DNA from: Chloroflexota bacterium
GTDB taxonomy: Bacteria > Chloroflexota > Dehalococcoidia > SpSt-223
DNA: 64,000 bases
Direction of reading: 5' to 3'
Assembly (NCBI GenBank): GCA_023512725.1
Contig: JAILZB010000001.1
Coordinates: 1,660-65,659 of the forward strand
Positions within the stretch are counted from its first letter, which is position 1, and every line of letters begins with the position of its first letter. The position numbers were made by a program, and so were the translations under genes. Shown in pieces: positions 62,700 through 64,000 of this stretch. Below the pieces are notes generated by a model. It was not told where the DNA came from and made no database searches. It worked only from the letters and a program-made list of their open reading frames with translations.

Positions 62700-63638
62700 T
62701 TACCGCTTCAGGTTGATCAGCTCCTGGAGCATCTCGTCGGAAGTGGTCACCACCCGGCTGTTCGCTTGAAAACCGCGCTGGGTGACGATCAGAGCACTCA
62801 TCTGGCCCGCGATATCGACGTTCGACATTTCCAGCGTGCTGGAGACGACCTCACCGCGCCCGCCAGTCGTCGCCGGGCCACCCACCGCGGCCGCGACCTG
62901 AGCTGCTGTGGGATTGGCAGCGCCCGCTGGGACGCCACCCGCGGCGGGCGTCCACTGCAGCAGGTTGCTGCCGACGCGGAGCAGCCCCGAGGGGTTGGGG
63001 AAGTTCGCAATCGCAATCTGGGCAAGTGGCACGGCGGTGCCGTTGGCGGTGAAGCCAGTCACTACGCCGGCCGGCGAGACAGCAAAGCTGATGTAGGTAT
63101 CGGGCGGGATCACAATCGGCCCGAGCGGAGCACCGGGCGGTGCTGTCTGCTGGCCAGCCGGGATGGCATAGCCCTGGACTACCAGGCCGTTCGCGGGGTT
63201 CACCAGCCGGCCGAGCGAGTCAAGGTCGAAGGCGCCGTCGCGGGTGTACACGAAACGCGCCGAAGCGGCACCGCCAGCGCCGCCACCGGCAGCGGTCTGG
63301 TCGGAGAGGATGAAGAAGCCATTCCCCTGGATGGCGAGGTCGGTGGTGCGGCCGGTGTACTGGAAGCTCCCCTGGGTCTGGATCGTGTCGATCCCGGCGA
63401 CCCGCATCCCGAGCCCCACCTGGGAGGTGTTAATGCCACCGAGGCCGGTGCCCGGCTGAGCTGCCGTCCCGACTGGGGCTTGGGGGCCGACCAGGGTCTG
63501 GTAGAGCAGGTCCTGGAAGTTGGCGCGCCCCTGCTTGAAGCCCGTGGTGTTGACATTGGCCAGGTTATTGCCGATGACATCGAGCGCCGTCTGATGGTTG
63601 CGCAGCGAGGATGCGGCCGCGAAAAGCGATCGGAGCAT
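62700..63638 (-). CDS. flgE: Flagellar hook protein FlgE (short form; flagellar rod/hook family)
   Basis: N-terminus MLRSLFAAASSLRNHQTALDVIGNNLANVNTTGFK and C-terminus LEMSNVDIAGQMSALIVTQRGFQANSRVVTTSDEMLQELINL (flg_bb_rod / flg_bbr_C). Lies directly downstream of flgD. Confidence 0.8.
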   Translation of the reverse strand: MLRSLFAAASSLRNHQTALDVIGNNLANVNTTGFKQGRANFQDLLYQTLVGPQAPVGTAAQPGTGLGGINTSQVGLGMRVAGIDTIQTQGSFQYTGRTTDLAIQGNGFFILSDQTAAGGGAGGAASARFVYTRDGAFDLDSLGRLVNPANGLVVQGYAIPAGQQTAPPGAPLGPIVIPPDTYISFAVSPAGVVTGFTANGTAVPLAQIAIANFPNPSGLLRVGSNLLQWTPAAGGVPAGAANPTAAQVAAAVGGPATTGGRGEVVSSTLEMSNVDIAGQMSALIVTQRGFQANSRVVTTSDEMLQELINLKR

Positions 63639-63640
63639 GC

Positions 63641-64000
63641 TTACCTCTGTTCTCCTCCAAGCTCGGTGACCTCACCGAGCTTGAGCTGACGGTTGCCGAC
63701 CTGAAGCAGGGCTTCGCCGTTGGCAAGCGTGATGCGCTGGACGACCCCGCTCACTGTCTCTCCCTTGCTCGTGGCCGTCACCCGCTTGCCGAGGAGGGCA
63801 CTCGTGCTACTCAGCTGAGCAACCGTCAGTAGGCTGCTCATCGTTCGCGTCAGCTCCTCCATCTTCTGGAGACTGTCGAACTGGGCCAGCTGCCCGAGAA
63901 ACTCGGTGTCCTTCGCTGGCTCGAGTGGGTTCTGATACTGCAGCTGGGCGGCAAGCAGCTTCAGAAAATCCGCCTGCTTCACCGGAGCGGTCGGGCTCCT
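63641..64000 (-). CDS. flgD: Flagellar hook assembly/capping protein FlgD (5' end outside the window)
   Basis: ...KQADFLKLLAAQLQYQNPLEPAKDTEFLGQLAQFDSLQKME... is the FlgD signature. The frame stays open to the window edge. Confidence 0.85.
   Translation of the reverse strand, partial: RSPTAPVKQADFLKLLAAQLQYQNPLEPAKDTEFLGQLAQFDSLQKMEELTRTMSSLLTVAQLSSTSALLGKRVTATSKGETVSGVVQRITLANGEALLQVGNRQLKLGEVTELGGEQR

Noticed and set aside
62700-63638. FlgE being abnormally short (312 aa) as a sign of truncation
   Set aside because: Both the conserved N-terminal and C-terminal rod/hook segments are present and in frame. Short hook proteins lacking the large insert domains occur in several Gram-positive lineages.
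1-64000. Prophage, integrative element, toxin-antitoxin or known anti-phage defence island
   Set aside because: There are no integrase, recombinase, phage structural, TA or defence hallmark genes. The PLD and EVE genes lack the partners expected of defence systems. Apart from three short patches, the composition looks uniform by eye.

Overview
Very GC-rich, densely coded bacterial chromosome segment with about 62 protein-coding genes and many 4-nt start/stop overlaps (ATGA/GTGA), which implies operons. I found no rRNA, tRNA, CRISPR array, transposase or integrase. Lipoprotein-type ABC binding proteins, LCP, an MGDG-synthase-like GT28, YfhO and DUF5679 suggest a high-GC monoderm. A Thermomicrobia/Chloroflexota-like or actinobacterial origin is only a guess. 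Housekeeping genes: dtd, murI, pyrF, lysA, holB, ppk, ffh, gltX, rplU-rpmA-rpmE. A glycan/envelope cluster at about 9-18 kb holds rfbD, three GTs, a polyprenyl-P-sugar synthase plus GT-C pair, a nucleotidyltransferase and a membrane EEP. A second envelope operon at about 52-57.6 kb holds LCP, GT28, a Tat-exported glycosidase and a tandem CN-hydrolase. Transport genes: TRAP fused permease, ABC permease pair, two tandem family-5 binding proteins, CPA2 antiporter, MscS, BioY. Sensing and motility genes: CHASE3 chemoreceptor, PAS/GAF sensor, flgD-flgE at the right edge. Most notable observations: (1) a roughly 630-nt hairpin-dense non-coding gap after rpmE whose 5' end resembles tmRNA but lacks a recognisable tRNA-like 3' end; (2) a chemoreceptor gene split by a perfect 7-bp tandem duplication; (3) an LCP gene whose signal-anchor exon is out of frame at a C7 run; (4) a two-domain CN-hydrolase whose second domain has lost the catalytic Lys and Cys; (5) a PAS/GAF sensor ending in a DHp-like hairpin with no ATPase domain; (6) conserved-unknown radical SAM modules (rSAM+DUF2344; PDZ-rSAM-DUF512). 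I did not find a clear-cut novel multi-gene system. All function calls come from reading the supplied translations and no database search was run.
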